Of a stretch of DNA of 64,000 nucleotides, positions 1 through 12,857 are shown in pieces. Within the stretch, counting starts at the first letter, position 1. Every line of letters begins with the position of its first letter. Origin of the DNA: Frankiaceae bacterium (GTDB taxonomy: Bacteria > Actinomycetota > Actinomycetes > Frankiales > Frankiaceae); the NCBI GenBank assembly GCA_036267695.1, contig DATAVO010000047.1, forward strand, positions 4,364 to 68,363, written 5' to 3'. A program made the translations under genes and the position numbers. The notes beneath the pieces were generated by a model. That model ran no database searches and was not told the DNA's origin. It saw only the letters and a list, made by a program, of their open reading frames with translations.

Positions 1-1083
1 GGCGACGACGAGGAAGTAGGCCGGGAAACCCATCTGGAGGATGACCCCGACCTCGTAATCCACCTGCGCCTGCTGGGCCTCCGTAGCGCCACGGGGATAG
101 CGCTGGGCGACCCCGCGCGCGACCTCCTTGCGAAACCAGCTCTCCTCGGATTCGCCTTCCGGGCAAGGGAATTGCGGCAAAAGCTGCTTGGGTGCGAACG
201 AGGGCGGCTGGATCCGCTCGGCGATCACAAGCGTGTTGTCGCAGGCCTCAGGGAGCTCGGCGAAGGTCGCGCGCATCTCGGCCGGGGACTTCAGGTAGAA
301 CTCGGTGGCTTCGAACTTGAAACGAGTTGGATCGGCGAGGGTCGCGCCCGTCTGCACGCACAGCAGCACCTCGTGGGCCGTGTGGTCGGCCTGCTGGGTG
401 TAGTGCAGATCGTTGGTGGCGACGAGCGGGAGATCGAGCTCCTTCGCGATCTGGACGAGCTGGGGGAAGGTGCGCCGCTCGATGTCGATGCCGTGCTGCA
501 TCAGCTCGACGTAGAAATTGCCGCGGCCGAAGATCTCCGCGTACTCCCCCGCCGTCGCCTTCGCGAGCGCGTAATCGCCGCGCTCCAGCGCCTGGCTCAC
601 CTCGCCGCCCGGGCAGCCGGTCGTGCCGATGATCCCGCCGGCATAGCGCGAGAGCAGCTCGCGGTCCATCCGGGGCTTGTAGTAGTAGCCCTCCAGGCTC
701 GCCAGGCTGGAGAGCTTGATCAAATTGGCGTAACCGTCGGGGTCGGCCGCCCACAGCGTCATGTGGCTGTACTTGTCGGTCTTGGCATTGCCGCCGTCGG
801 GCAGCCGCTTGTCGAAGCGGGACCCGGGGGCGATGTAGGCCTCGGTGCCGATGATCGGCTTGATGCCGGCCTTGGCTGCCTTACCGGCGAAATCGAACGC
901 GCCGTAGAGGTTGCCGTGATCGGTCATCGCCAGAGCCGGCATGCCGAGCCGCTCGCATCCTTCGAACAGGTCGGTCAGCCGCGCCGCACCGTCGAGCATC
1001 GAGTACTCGGTGTGCACGTGGAGGTGGACGAACGAATCGTCCCGCGACGCTGATCCCCCAGCCGCGGGCCCCTCGCTCGTCAT
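1..1083 (-). CDS. dnaE: DNA polymerase III alpha subunit (DnaE1), N-terminal part; the gene continues past the window start
   Basis: Absent from the ORF track because it has no stop in the window. My translation from the reverse-strand ATG at 1083..1081 gives MTSEGPAAGGSASRDDSFVHLHVHTEYSMLDGAARLTDLFEGCERLGMPALAMTDHGNLYGAFDF, the PHP-domain N-terminus of replicative Pol III alpha. The 172..1053 + ORF is antisense to it. Confidence 0.9.
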   Translation of the reverse strand, partial: MTSEGPAAGGSASRDDSFVHLHVHTEYSMLDGAARLTDLFEGCERLGMPALAMTDHGNLYGAFDFAGKAAKAGIKPIIGTEAYIAPGSRFDKRLPDGGNAKTDKYSHMTLWAADPDGYANLIKLSSLASLEGYYYKPRMDRELLSRYAGGIIGTTGCPGGEVSQALERGDYALAKATAGEYAEIFGRGNFYVELMQHGIDIERRTFPQLVQIAKELDLPLVATNDLHYTQQADHTAHEVLLCVQTGATLADPTRFKFEATEFYLKSPAEMRATFAELPEACDNTLVIAERIQPPSFAPKQLLPQFPCPEGESEESWFRKEVARGVAQRYPRGATEAQQAQVDYEVGVILQMGFPAYFLVVA

Positions 1084-1149
1084 ACCGCAGACCGCCTTTC
1101 CGTCCCCGCTAGCCCCCGCAAACCCCTTCGATGCAAGGTTCAGGTTTAG

Positions 1150-2700
<1,551 letters not shown>

Positions 2701-2707
2701 CCGTGGC

Positions 2708-3907
2708 TCACGTCGCGTCGTCGGCGCGCTCGACCCACGCGCTGAACACCGGCAGGCCGAACCACAGCGCCGGCTTCGCTGAGCGGGTAACTGCCACGAC
2801 GGCGTACGGACGGGTGAACCGCACCTCGAGGGCGCGGACCGTACCTGGCCTGCGCGCGGGAGCGCTCACCCGCCGATATCCGATGGCGGTGACGGCGGCC
2901 GCTTCGAAACCCTCCCGGGTATAGGACGCGACGGCGCTCTGGACGGCGTCCGCTTCGTATTCATCCGGGCGCAGCAGCAGATACAGGGCCTCGACGGCTG
3001 GGCCGAAGCCGAGCCCTGAAGCGTTGAGCAAGTCCAGTCGCGTCTCGGCGTGCCAGGCGGGGACTAGCGCGTAGCTGGTCTCCTCGCGACCGGAGAGGTC
3101 CTTCACCATCTCTTCGCGCTCGCTGAGCCGCCAGGCGTGCCCGTCCCCGAGTGGCAAAGCGTGCAGCGCTAGCGGACGCTCGTGCTGGGCGACCTCGTAG
3201 GCGGCTGCAAGAACCGATCCAGCCGGCACGCCTTCGCCGGCCACCACTGAGTAGACGTCGAGACCGTCCTCGCTGCCGGCCAGGTGAACGCCGACGCGCC
3301 CGGCCGCGGCAGTGTCGGCGACGAAGGCCCGATGCGTCGCCGCAGAACGCAGGACCTGGTGGACGCCCGGTCCCCACGCCGTTCCAAGATCAGCGGCGTT
3401 GGTCAGCGTGAACGGAACGCTCCAGCTGATGCGGGTCGCGAGCGCGTTGGCCAGGAGGAGCACGGTCTCGTCGGTGATCTCCACGGGAAACGAACGGATG
3501 AGTTCATGGGTCACGTGGGCAGCCCACGCATCGGCCTCAGCGTGGCTCGGGATGTCGCCGCGCTCGGTGGCGCCAGGCAATGAGCGCGTCCAGGCGTCGA
3601 GCGCGGGCGTCGCGACGGAGGGGCGCTGCCAGTACGCCGTCGCGGCGCTCACCGCGGGGTGCGGCTCCGCGAGGAGCGAGCGGGCGTGGCCAGCGGCGGT
3701 GTCGACGTCGGTGCCAAGCACCGTCTCGAGTTCCTCGCGTTGGCCGCCCTGCGCCGCCGGCCCGACCAGTGCCAGCAGCAGCCACGCCCCGAGCGGCGAC
3801 AGCACGTGATGGCCCGACGCCGCACGGTGTATCCGGGCGGCGTACGCGGCGATCAATCCAGGCAGCGGGTCAGGGGACACGCGTCCACTGTGCGCCCGGG
3901 CCGCCAC
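2708..3907 (-). CDS. serpin-family serine protease inhibitor
   Basis: 399 aa. Contains SPLGAWLLLALVGPAA and NALATRISWSVPF. The hinge/reactive-centre loop is REGFEAAAVTAIGYRRVSAPARRPG, followed by FTRPYAVVAV. Confidence 0.75.
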   Translation of the reverse strand: MAARAHSGRVSPDPLPGLIAAYAARIHRAASGHHVLSPLGAWLLLALVGPAAQGGQREELETVLGTDVDTAAGHARSLLAEPHPAVSAATAYWQRPSVATPALDAWTRSLPGATERGDIPSHAEADAWAAHVTHELIRSFPVEITDETVLLLANALATRISWSVPFTLTNAADLGTAWGPGVHQVLRSAATHRAFVADTAAAGRVGVHLAGSEDGLDVYSVVAGEGVPAGSVLAAAYEVAQHERPLALHALPLGDGHAWRLSEREEMVKDLSGREETSYALVPAWHAETRLDLLNASGLGFGPAVEALYLLLRPDEYEADAVQSAVASYTREGFEAAAVTAIGYRRVSAPARRPGTVRALEVRFTRPYAVVAVTRSAKPALWFGLPVFSAWVERADDAT

Positions 3908-3938
3908 AACCCACCCGCCGCACCTCCTTCTTCTGAGA

Positions 3939-3970
3939 ACGCGGGGTTATGAGGCGCGATAACCCCGCGT
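3939..3970 (-). terminator. hairpin with a 12-bp perfect stem downstream of the yccF-like gene
   Basis: acgcggggttat (3939..3950) and ataaccccgcgt (3959..3970) are exact reverse complements around an 8-nt loop. It lies 43 nt after the yccF-like stop. There is no clean U-tract, so an intrinsic-terminator role is tentative. Confidence 0.45.
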
Positions 3971-4012
3971 ACCCAGTTCGGCGGCGCGGTGGGGCGGGGC
4001 GGGAGGGGCGGG

Positions 4013-4420
4013 TCAGATGGTGGCGTAGCCCATGGCGCGCGGGTCGCTGGAGCGGACGATCTCCTTGCCCAGTGGGGCTACAGCGACAAAGGCGAGCTTG
4101 AAATTGGCGATCCCGAAAGGGATTCCGATGATCGTCAGGCAGAGCAGCAGGCCCGAGACGATGTGGCTGGCGGCCAGCCACAGGCCACCGAAGATGAACC
4201 AGATGACGTTGCCGACGAACGACGCGGCCCCCGCTCCCCGGCGCGGCACCACCGTGCGGCCGAAGGGCCAGAGCACGTACGCCGCCAGCCGGAATGACGC
4301 GATGCCGAACGGGATCGTGATGATCAGCAGGCACATCAGCAGGCCCACGAAAAAGTAGCCGATCGCCAGCCACAGGCCGGCAAGCACCAGCCAGAGGACG
4401 TTCAGGATGAGCCGGATCAT
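4013..4420 (-). CDS. YccF-domain inner membrane protein
   Basis: I use the internal ATG at 4420 ([22 protein letters not shown]...), which forms an ATGA overlap with the upstream gene's stop. Two repeated halves each carry a TIP/IGIPFGIA(S/N)F(R/K)LA motif typical of YccF. The upstream part of the 264-aa ORF is Arg-rich and overlaps the GNAT gene. Confidence 0.8.
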   Translation of the reverse strand: MIRLILNVLWLVLAGLWLAIGYFFVGLLMCLLIITIPFGIASFRLAAYVLWPFGRTVVPRRGAGAASFVGNVIWFIFGGLWLAASHIVSGLLLCLTIIGIPFGIANFKLAFVAVAPLGKEIVRSSDPRAMGYATI

Positions 4421-5352
4421 GAGGCGCCGCCCCCTTCGGGAGTCCCCACGAACTCGAGCTCGACGGTGGCGGACTTGTCGTGCAAGTCCCGCGTCGCACC
4501 CGTCCACCGGTAGCCCAGCCGCGCGTAGAGCTGGTGGGAGTCGGTGAAGCGGCTGTCGCTCCACGCCTTCACGCGCTCCCGGCTGAACTGACAGCCGGCC
4601 CGGCGCTCGACGAAGTGCACGAGCCGCGAGCCCCATCCCTGTCGGCGGGATTTCGCTGCCACGTAAAGGGATTTGAGCTCGACACCGCCGGCATGCGGCC
4701 GCCATCCGGCGCACGCCAGCAAGCCGTCTGCATCCGGGAGCGGGACCACCCAGAGCTCGCCGCGGCTCCCGTCCGAGGGGTAAGCCGCCGCTGGTGCGCG
4801 CAGCCACGGCTCCTCACCGTCGATGTCGAGAACGATCGACGGGTAGTCCGCCCACACTCCCCCGATGAGCTCGATCAGCCCGGCGCTGTCGGCATCGGTC
4901 ACCGGGCGCAGGCCCGGCAGCAGTTGCTTGCGCATCGTCTGGTGCGGGATACCGGCTTCCTCGTACGGCTCCCCGACACCCTTGTAGCCGAGTCGTTCAT
5001 AGAACCCGACGACGGCCTGCTGGGCGTGGAGTTCGACGGTGGGCAGCCCGGCATCCCCGGCCCAGCGTTCGGCGGCTGCCATCACGATCACGCCCAAGCC
5101 CTGACCCCGCCGGTCAGCCTCGACCGCGACCCGCCCGACGACGGCCTCGCTGCCCGTATCGAAGATCCGGGCGGTGCCGATGAGCGTGCCGGCATCCTCG
5201 AGCACGACGTGGGTCGCGTCGCCGTCGCGGCCATCGAACTCGAGCTCCGCGTCGACCCCTTGCTCCAGCACGAACACGCGATGCCGCAGCTTCGACGCCT
5301 CAGCGAGTACAGCGGGATCAGCGGTGATGCGGGCGCGCACCCCGTCGCTCAT
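4417..5352 (-). CDS. tandem GNAT-domain N-acetyltransferase
   Basis: 311 aa with two acetyl-CoA-binding-like segments ([11 protein letters not shown] and [11 protein letters not shown]). There are 4-nt overlaps with both neighbours. Confidence 0.7.
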   Translation of the reverse strand: MSDGVRARITADPAVLAEASKLRHRVFVLEQGVDAELEFDGRDGDATHVVLEDAGTLIGTARIFDTGSEAVVGRVAVEADRRGQGLGVIVMAAAERWAGDAGLPTVELHAQQAVVGFYERLGYKGVGEPYEEAGIPHQTMRKQLLPGLRPVTDADSAGLIELIGGVWADYPSIVLDIDGEEPWLRAPAAAYPSDGSRGELWVVPLPDADGLLACAGWRPHAGGVELKSLYVAAKSRRQGWGSRLVHFVERRAGCQFSRERVKAWSDSRFTDSHQLYARLGYRWTGATRDLHDKSATVELEFVGTPEGGGAS

Positions 5353-6287
5353 GACTCGTCCTCCAGCACCTGCAACGCGTGTGCGAGGTCGGCCGGGTCA
5401 GGACTGCTGAAGTGCACCGGCCTGCCTTCGGTCGGATGCATGAACGACAGTTCGGCGGCGTGCAGCCATTGCCGGGTCAGCCCCAGCCGGGCGGCGAGCG
5501 TCGGATCGGCGCCGTACGTCAGGTCGCCGACACACGGGTGGCGGACCGCGGCCATGTGCACCCGGATCTGGTGGGTACGCCCGGTCTCCAGCCGGATTCC
5601 GAGCAGGCTCGCGGCCCGGAATGCCTCGATCGTCTCGTAGTGCGTGACGCTGTCGCGGCCACCGGCGACCACGGCGAACTTGTAGTCAGCTCCCGGATGG
5701 CGTCCGATGGGGGCGTCGATCGTGCCGCGCGACGGATCGGGATGGCCCTGCACCAGCGCCCGGTAACGCTTGTCGACCTCCCGATCGCGGAACGCCTCCT
5801 TCAGGCGGGAGTACGCGATCTCGCTCTTCGCGACGACCATCAACCCCGAGGTCCCGACGTCGAGGCGGTGCACGATGCCCTGACGCTCGGCGGCGCCGCT
5901 GGTCGCGACGCGATGGCCGGCCGCGGCGAGGCCCGCCGTCACCGTCGGGCCTTCCCATCCGGGGCTCGGATGTGCAGCGACTCCTACGGGCTTGTCGACC
6001 ACGATGATGTCGGCGTCCTCGAAGACGACGCGCAGGCCGGGCACACGCACCGGTGTCGTCTCGAATTCGCGCCGCGCCACCGGCGGATCAGGAAGCCGGA
6101 CGTCGAGCATCGCACCGGCACTCACCCGCGCCGACTTGCTCGCCGGCGATCCGTCGAGGCTCGCGTCACCGGCCTCGACCAGGCTTGCCGCGGCAGCCCG
6201 CGAAAGGCCGAAGATCCGGGCGACAACAGCGTCCAGCCGCATGCCGTCCAGGCCGTCGGGGACGGCCAGCGAACGCTCCGCAGCCAC
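5349..6287 (-). CDS. rluD: RluA/RluD-family 23S rRNA pseudouridine synthase with an N-terminal S4 domain
   Basis: 312 aa. Catalytic motif [15 protein letters not shown] is present, with HQIRVH near the C-terminus. Confidence 0.85.
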   Translation of the reverse strand: MAAERSLAVPDGLDGMRLDAVVARIFGLSRAAAASLVEAGDASLDGSPASKSARVSAGAMLDVRLPDPPVARREFETTPVRVPGLRVVFEDADIIVVDKPVGVAAHPSPGWEGPTVTAGLAAAGHRVATSGAAERQGIVHRLDVGTSGLMVVAKSEIAYSRLKEAFRDREVDKRYRALVQGHPDPSRGTIDAPIGRHPGADYKFAVVAGGRDSVTHYETIEAFRAASLLGIRLETGRTHQIRVHMAAVRHPCVGDLTYGADPTLAARLGLTRQWLHAAELSFMHPTEGRPVHFSSPDPADLAHALQVLEDES

Positions 6288-6321
6288 CTGACCAGCCTAC
6301 GGGCACGCACCGGACCCTCAA

Positions 6322-6392
6322 GATCAACGCTGCCATGATCTTGAAATGAGCCCGTTGATCATGCCTTAACCATGATCATGGCAGCGTTGATC
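6322..6392. repeat. 19-bp perfect inverted repeat with a 33-nt low-GC spacer
   Basis: gatcaacgctgccatgatc (6322..6340) and gatcatggcagcgttgatc (6374..6392) are exact reverse complements. The right arm overlaps the agmatinase stop codon. Several TGATCA/CATGATC sub-palindromes lie inside. Confidence 0.8.
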
Positions 6393-7311
6393 ATGGGAGG
6401 CGACCGTCGAGCAGTGGCTGGGCCGGATCCCACGGGGTGCCCCCGGCCGCGTCGCGCCGCTTGCGGGCCGTCGCCGAGAGCACCTCGAGCGCCACCCGGT
6501 TCGCCAGCGCAGCGGTGATGTCGGCCGTGTCGTAGGGCGGCGATACCTCCACGATGTCGACCCCCACCACCGGCAGTGAGTACGCGAGCCCGCGGACCGC
6601 GTCGAGCAGCTCGCGTGCGGTCAGGCCGCCGGGCTCCGGGGTGCCGGTCCCAGGCGCGTGGCCCGGGTCGCAGACGTCGATGTCGATCGACAGGAAAACG
6701 CCATCGCAGTCGTCGGTCGCGATGGCCGAGGCTTCGGCCAGGCACGCGTCGAGCCCCCGCACGCCGATCTCGGTCATCTCATACGAACGCATGCCCTGGC
6801 GGGCCATCCACTCCAGCGTCTCCGGGCCCGGCCAGTAGCCGCGAAGCCCCACCTGCAAGAACCGGTCGCCGCGCAGCGCACCCGACTCGATGAGCCGGCG
6901 CATCGGCTGGCCGTGACCCCAGAGCGAGCCGAATTCGATGTCACCGGTGTCGGCATGCGCGTCGAAGTGGATCATCGAGACCCGGCCGTGGCCGAGCACG
7001 TTGGCCACGCCGGTGGCGTCAGGCAGCGCAATCGAATGGTCGCCGCCCAGTACCAGCGGCATCGCTCCAGCAGCGGCCACCGCCTGGACAGCCGACTCCA
7101 GCGCGCCGAGCGCCCGTTCGATGTCGCCGGCGAACATCTCCACGTCGCCGGCATCGACCACCTTCAGGTCGCGTAACCCATCGGTGCGCAAAGCCAGTGA
7201 GGGCCGGGGCCCGTCGTGGGGAAGGTAGTCGGTCGTCCGGATCGCCATGGGTCCGAAGCGGGTGCCCGGACGGTGCGACGTGCCGCCGTCGAACGGCGCC
7301 CCGACGATCAC
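6391..7311 (-). CDS. speB: arginase-family ureohydrolase, probably agmatinase; the 5' end may be frameshifted
   Basis: Metal-binding motifs are present: LGGDHSIALP, HFDAHADTGD and SIDIDVCDPGHAPGTGTPEPGG. The longest ORF starts at a GTG directly at the VIVGAPFDGG motif, so it lacks the usual ~40-aa N-terminal segment (see finding). Confidence 0.8.
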   Translation of the reverse strand: MIVGAPFDGGTSHRPGTRFGPMAIRTTDYLPHDGPRPSLALRTDGLRDLKVVDAGDVEMFAGDIERALGALESAVQAVAAAGAMPLVLGGDHSIALPDATGVANVLGHGRVSMIHFDAHADTGDIEFGSLWGHGQPMRRLIESGALRGDRFLQVGLRGYWPGPETLEWMARQGMRSYEMTEIGVRGLDACLAEASAIATDDCDGVFLSIDIDVCDPGHAPGTGTPEPGGLTARELLDAVRGLAYSLPVVGVDIVEVSPPYDTADITAALANRVALEVLSATARKRRDAAGGTPWDPAQPLLDGRLP

Positions 7312-7418
7312 GACATCGGCGGCGGCGAGCGCCTCCGGATCGTCCAGGTCGACGCGATCGACGCCGAGAAACGTGACGTCGGGGCCGAAACTGCGGGCCG
7401 TAGCGCGTCACGGGCGGC

Positions 7419-8126
7419 TCACTTCTCGCTCGAGGACTCCGCGCGGGAGGATTGCACGTTGACGTGCTGGCCGTCGAGGCGGATCCCGCGCATCGAGAGC
7501 AGCACCGCGAGGATGCCGCCGATCACGATGGCGGAATCAGCGAGGTTGAAGACCGGCCAGTGGTGCAGGTGGATCCAGTCGACGACATGGCCGCGCAGCG
7601 GGCCGGGCGCGCGGAAGAGCCGGTCCCCGAGATTGCCGAGGGCGCCGCCGAGCAAGAGCCCGAGCGCCCAGGCCCATCCTGCTGACGCGAGGCGCCGCGA
7701 CGCCCGGGCGATGAAGATGACCACCGCGACTGCGACGACGGAGAAGATGACCGTCGCGCCGGCCGCGAAACCGAAAGCCGCCCCGGGGTTACGCGTGAGC
7801 TCCAGATCGAGCACCGACGGGATCACGTTGAGCGGCAGCCGGTTGCTCAGGTGAGCAACGACCAGCTGCTTGCTGACCACGTCAGCAATCAGCACCACCG
7901 CGGCGACGACCACCAGCAGCGGGAGGCGGCGGCGCGGCGCAGCCGCCGGTGTGGAGGCGGGCGTCGCGTCAGATTCGTCACCGGCAGGCTCGGACTTTGT
8001 CAGGACGGGGGGCACACCTGTCGAATCGGCATCCTGGGACCCCGACTGAGATTGCTGATCGGATTCGGAGGTGGGCGCAGCCGGATTGCCGGTGTCGAAC
8101 GCGCTGCGTTCTCTCGGCTCGGCCAC
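7419..8126 (-). CDS. lspA: lipoprotein signal peptidase II with a long acidic/Ser-rich N-terminal extension
   Basis: 235 aa. Contains the NPGAAFG and FNLADSAIVIG motifs and multiple TM segments. Confidence 0.85.
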   Translation of the reverse strand: MAEPRERSAFDTGNPAAPTSESDQQSQSGSQDADSTGVPPVLTKSEPAGDESDATPASTPAAAPRRRLPLLVVVAAVVLIADVVSKQLVVAHLSNRLPLNVIPSVLDLELTRNPGAAFGFAAGATVIFSVVAVAVVIFIARASRRLASAGWAWALGLLLGGALGNLGDRLFRAPGPLRGHVVDWIHLHHWPVFNLADSAIVIGGILAVLLSMRGIRLDGQHVNVQSSRAESSSEK

Positions 8127-8189
8127 GCCCGCAGTCTAGGTGCGCTTGTCGTGAGCGGGCGGGACTGGACAGCCCGCGTATTCTCACAG

Positions 8190-8460
8190 CCAGCGCGGAA
8201 AGCGGCCCTGACGGGGACGAGTAGCGCCGGAAGCAGCCACGAGCGATCCGGGGATGGTGTGAGCCCGGGGCCGGCCCGGCGTGAAGATCACCCCTGAGCT
8301 GCCGGAAGAGGCGGGGATCCTCCCGCGGTAGAACCGGCCCACGTGAGTCAGTGAGTGAGTGGGCGCGTGCCGGTCGCGGCGCGTCAAGAAGGGTGGTACC
8401 GCGGGGCCGGCAAGAAGCGGCCTCGTCCCTTCGCCGGGAGTACCGACGAAGGAGCACCAC
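8190..8460 (+). promoter_or_regulatory. T-box leader (Ile specifier) upstream of ileS, probably SD-sequestering
   Basis: aagaaGGGTGGTACCGCG at 8386..8403 matches the T-box consensus AAnnnGGGUGGUACCGCG. GAAG-AUC-A (AUC at 8287..8289) is a candidate Ile specifier. CCTTCG (8428..8433) can pair with CGAAGG (8447..8452), which overlaps the GAAGGAG Shine-Dalgarno 6 nt before the ATG at 8461. The 5' boundary is approximate. Confidence 0.75.
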
Positions 8461-11595
<3,135 letters not shown>

Positions 11596-11608
11596 CGCGC
11601 CGCGAACC

Positions 11609-12775
11609 TCAGGGCTTGCAGATCCCGCAGGCCAGGTAGCCCTGCCGGATGGCGGCCACCTTGGTGATCTCTTCGGCCTGGGCGCCGGTCAGCATCTCGC
11701 AATCGGGGCGGTGGTATTCCTTGGTCGACGCGAGCGCGAGCACGGTGCGCGCGGCCCGGCCGGCGCGTCCGGTCGCAGGCGGTTCGGCGGCTGGCGGCCC
11801 AGTAACAGGAGGTTCGGCAACAGGTGGTTCTGCAACGGGCGCCGCGACCTGCGGAGCGGTCGCACGCTCGGCCGCAGCGGGCGGGGGCGGCGCGACTGGA
11901 GGTGTGGTCGCCACAGGAGGGGCAGCGGTGATCGGCTCAGCGACGGGTTCGACAGCGGCGGGCGGCGGCGAGAACGCGACCGGTTCGCTGACCGGCGGCG
12001 GCGCGGATACCGGGGCGACCGGCGCCGCCTGCTGCGGGGCGGCAGCGGCGACGTGGTTCTGCTGAGCATCGGCGACGGGAGCGGCTGCCGCGACGGCAAC
12101 CGGCGCGGGCTCATAGCTTGCAGTGGCCGGTTGGCTGACACTCACCGGGCTCGGCTTCGGATGCGCGGCGTGCTCCTTGCCGGCGGCGCTGCGGGCGAGG
12201 GTCTCGTTGGGCCGGCAGGCCCCGCAGGGGGTGAACCCGAGCTCGCGAGCCTCGTTGATCTCCAGCGGCTCGGAGTCGTCATTGCCCTCGACGTACTCGC
12301 AGCCGCCGACGTGATACCGCGGGCGTCCCGAGATCACCAGCACGTCGGCTCCGGTCGCGCCGGACCGCGCTTCGAAGTCGGCGTTGGACTTCTCCAACGG
12401 GAAATCTGCCGAGATCTCGTCGGCGTCGACCAGGTCGATGTGATCGACGGGCTCGTGGGCCGGCTCGGCGGGCGGCTCGTCGTGCGTGGCCTCAGCAGGC
12501 TTGGAGACGCTGACTGACTTTCTGGTCAGCGGCGGCGAGTCAGCCTCGTCGCCCTCATCGGCGTCACGCTGTGAGGCCTGGCGACGCGTGCCTTCGCTCT
12601 CGGACTCGCGGGGCTCACTTGCCGGCGCCGGCCGCTGGAAGACGCCGACCAGCAGGAAGACCGCTGACACGATCGAAAGCCCGATGGCGGCGTAGACCAG
12701 CGTGATGCTGGAGATGATCCCCAGCACCAGCAGTACGGCGGCCACGAGGACGAGCGCCCCGCTGATGACGATCAA
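11609..12775 (-). CDS. membrane protein with two Cys-rich YH..C...C..C ribbon motifs and a Pro/Ala-rich linker
   Basis: 388 aa. N-terminal TM hairpin is MIVISGALVLVAAVLLVLGIISSITLVYAAIGLSIVSAVFLLVGVF. Ribbon motifs are RYHVGGCEYV...GFTPCGACRP and EYHRPDCEMLTG...GYLACGICKP. Third codon positions are GC-rich. Confidence 0.7.
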   Translation of the reverse strand: MIVISGALVLVAAVLLVLGIISSITLVYAAIGLSIVSAVFLLVGVFQRPAPASEPRESESEGTRRQASQRDADEGDEADSPPLTRKSVSVSKPAEATHDEPPAEPAHEPVDHIDLVDADEISADFPLEKSNADFEARSGATGADVLVISGRPRYHVGGCEYVEGNDDSEPLEINEARELGFTPCGACRPNETLARSAAGKEHAAHPKPSPVSVSQPATASYEPAPVAVAAAAPVADAQQNHVAAAAPQQAAPVAPVSAPPPVSEPVAFSPPPAAVEPVAEPITAAPPVATTPPVAPPPPAAAERATAPQVAAPVAEPPVAEPPVTGPPAAEPPATGRAGRAARTVLALASTKEYHRPDCEMLTGAQAEEITKVAAIRQGYLACGICKP

Positions 12776-12823
12776 GCCCGCACACCCTTGTCTCTGCGTC
12801 CCGACGACGACGGCGGGGCCACG

Positions 12824-12849
12824 CCTAATCAGATCGATCCGTGATTAGG
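12824..12849. repeat. 8-bp inverted repeat hairpin just downstream of divIVA
   Basis: cctaatca (12824..12831) and tgattagg (12842..12849) flank a 10-nt loop in a locally AT-rich patch. No U-tract is present, and its function is unknown. Confidence 0.4.
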
Positions 12850-12857
12850 GGCGCAGC

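Noticed and set aside
172-1053. 293-aa plus-strand ORF (and nested ORFs at 248..754 and 327..632) at the window start
   Set aside because: It is antisense to a clear DnaE1 PHP-domain reading frame that I translated from the reverse strand. Its composition is Arg/Gly/Leu-rich with no recognisable motifs, a typical high-GC antisense artefact.
8359-8460. N-terminal 34-codon extension of the ileS ORF
   Set aside because: The extension would translate the T-box core (GGGTGGTACCGCG) and the Shine-Dalgarno sequence. The ATG at 8461 has a proper GAAGGAG site and begins a more plausible IleRS N-terminus.
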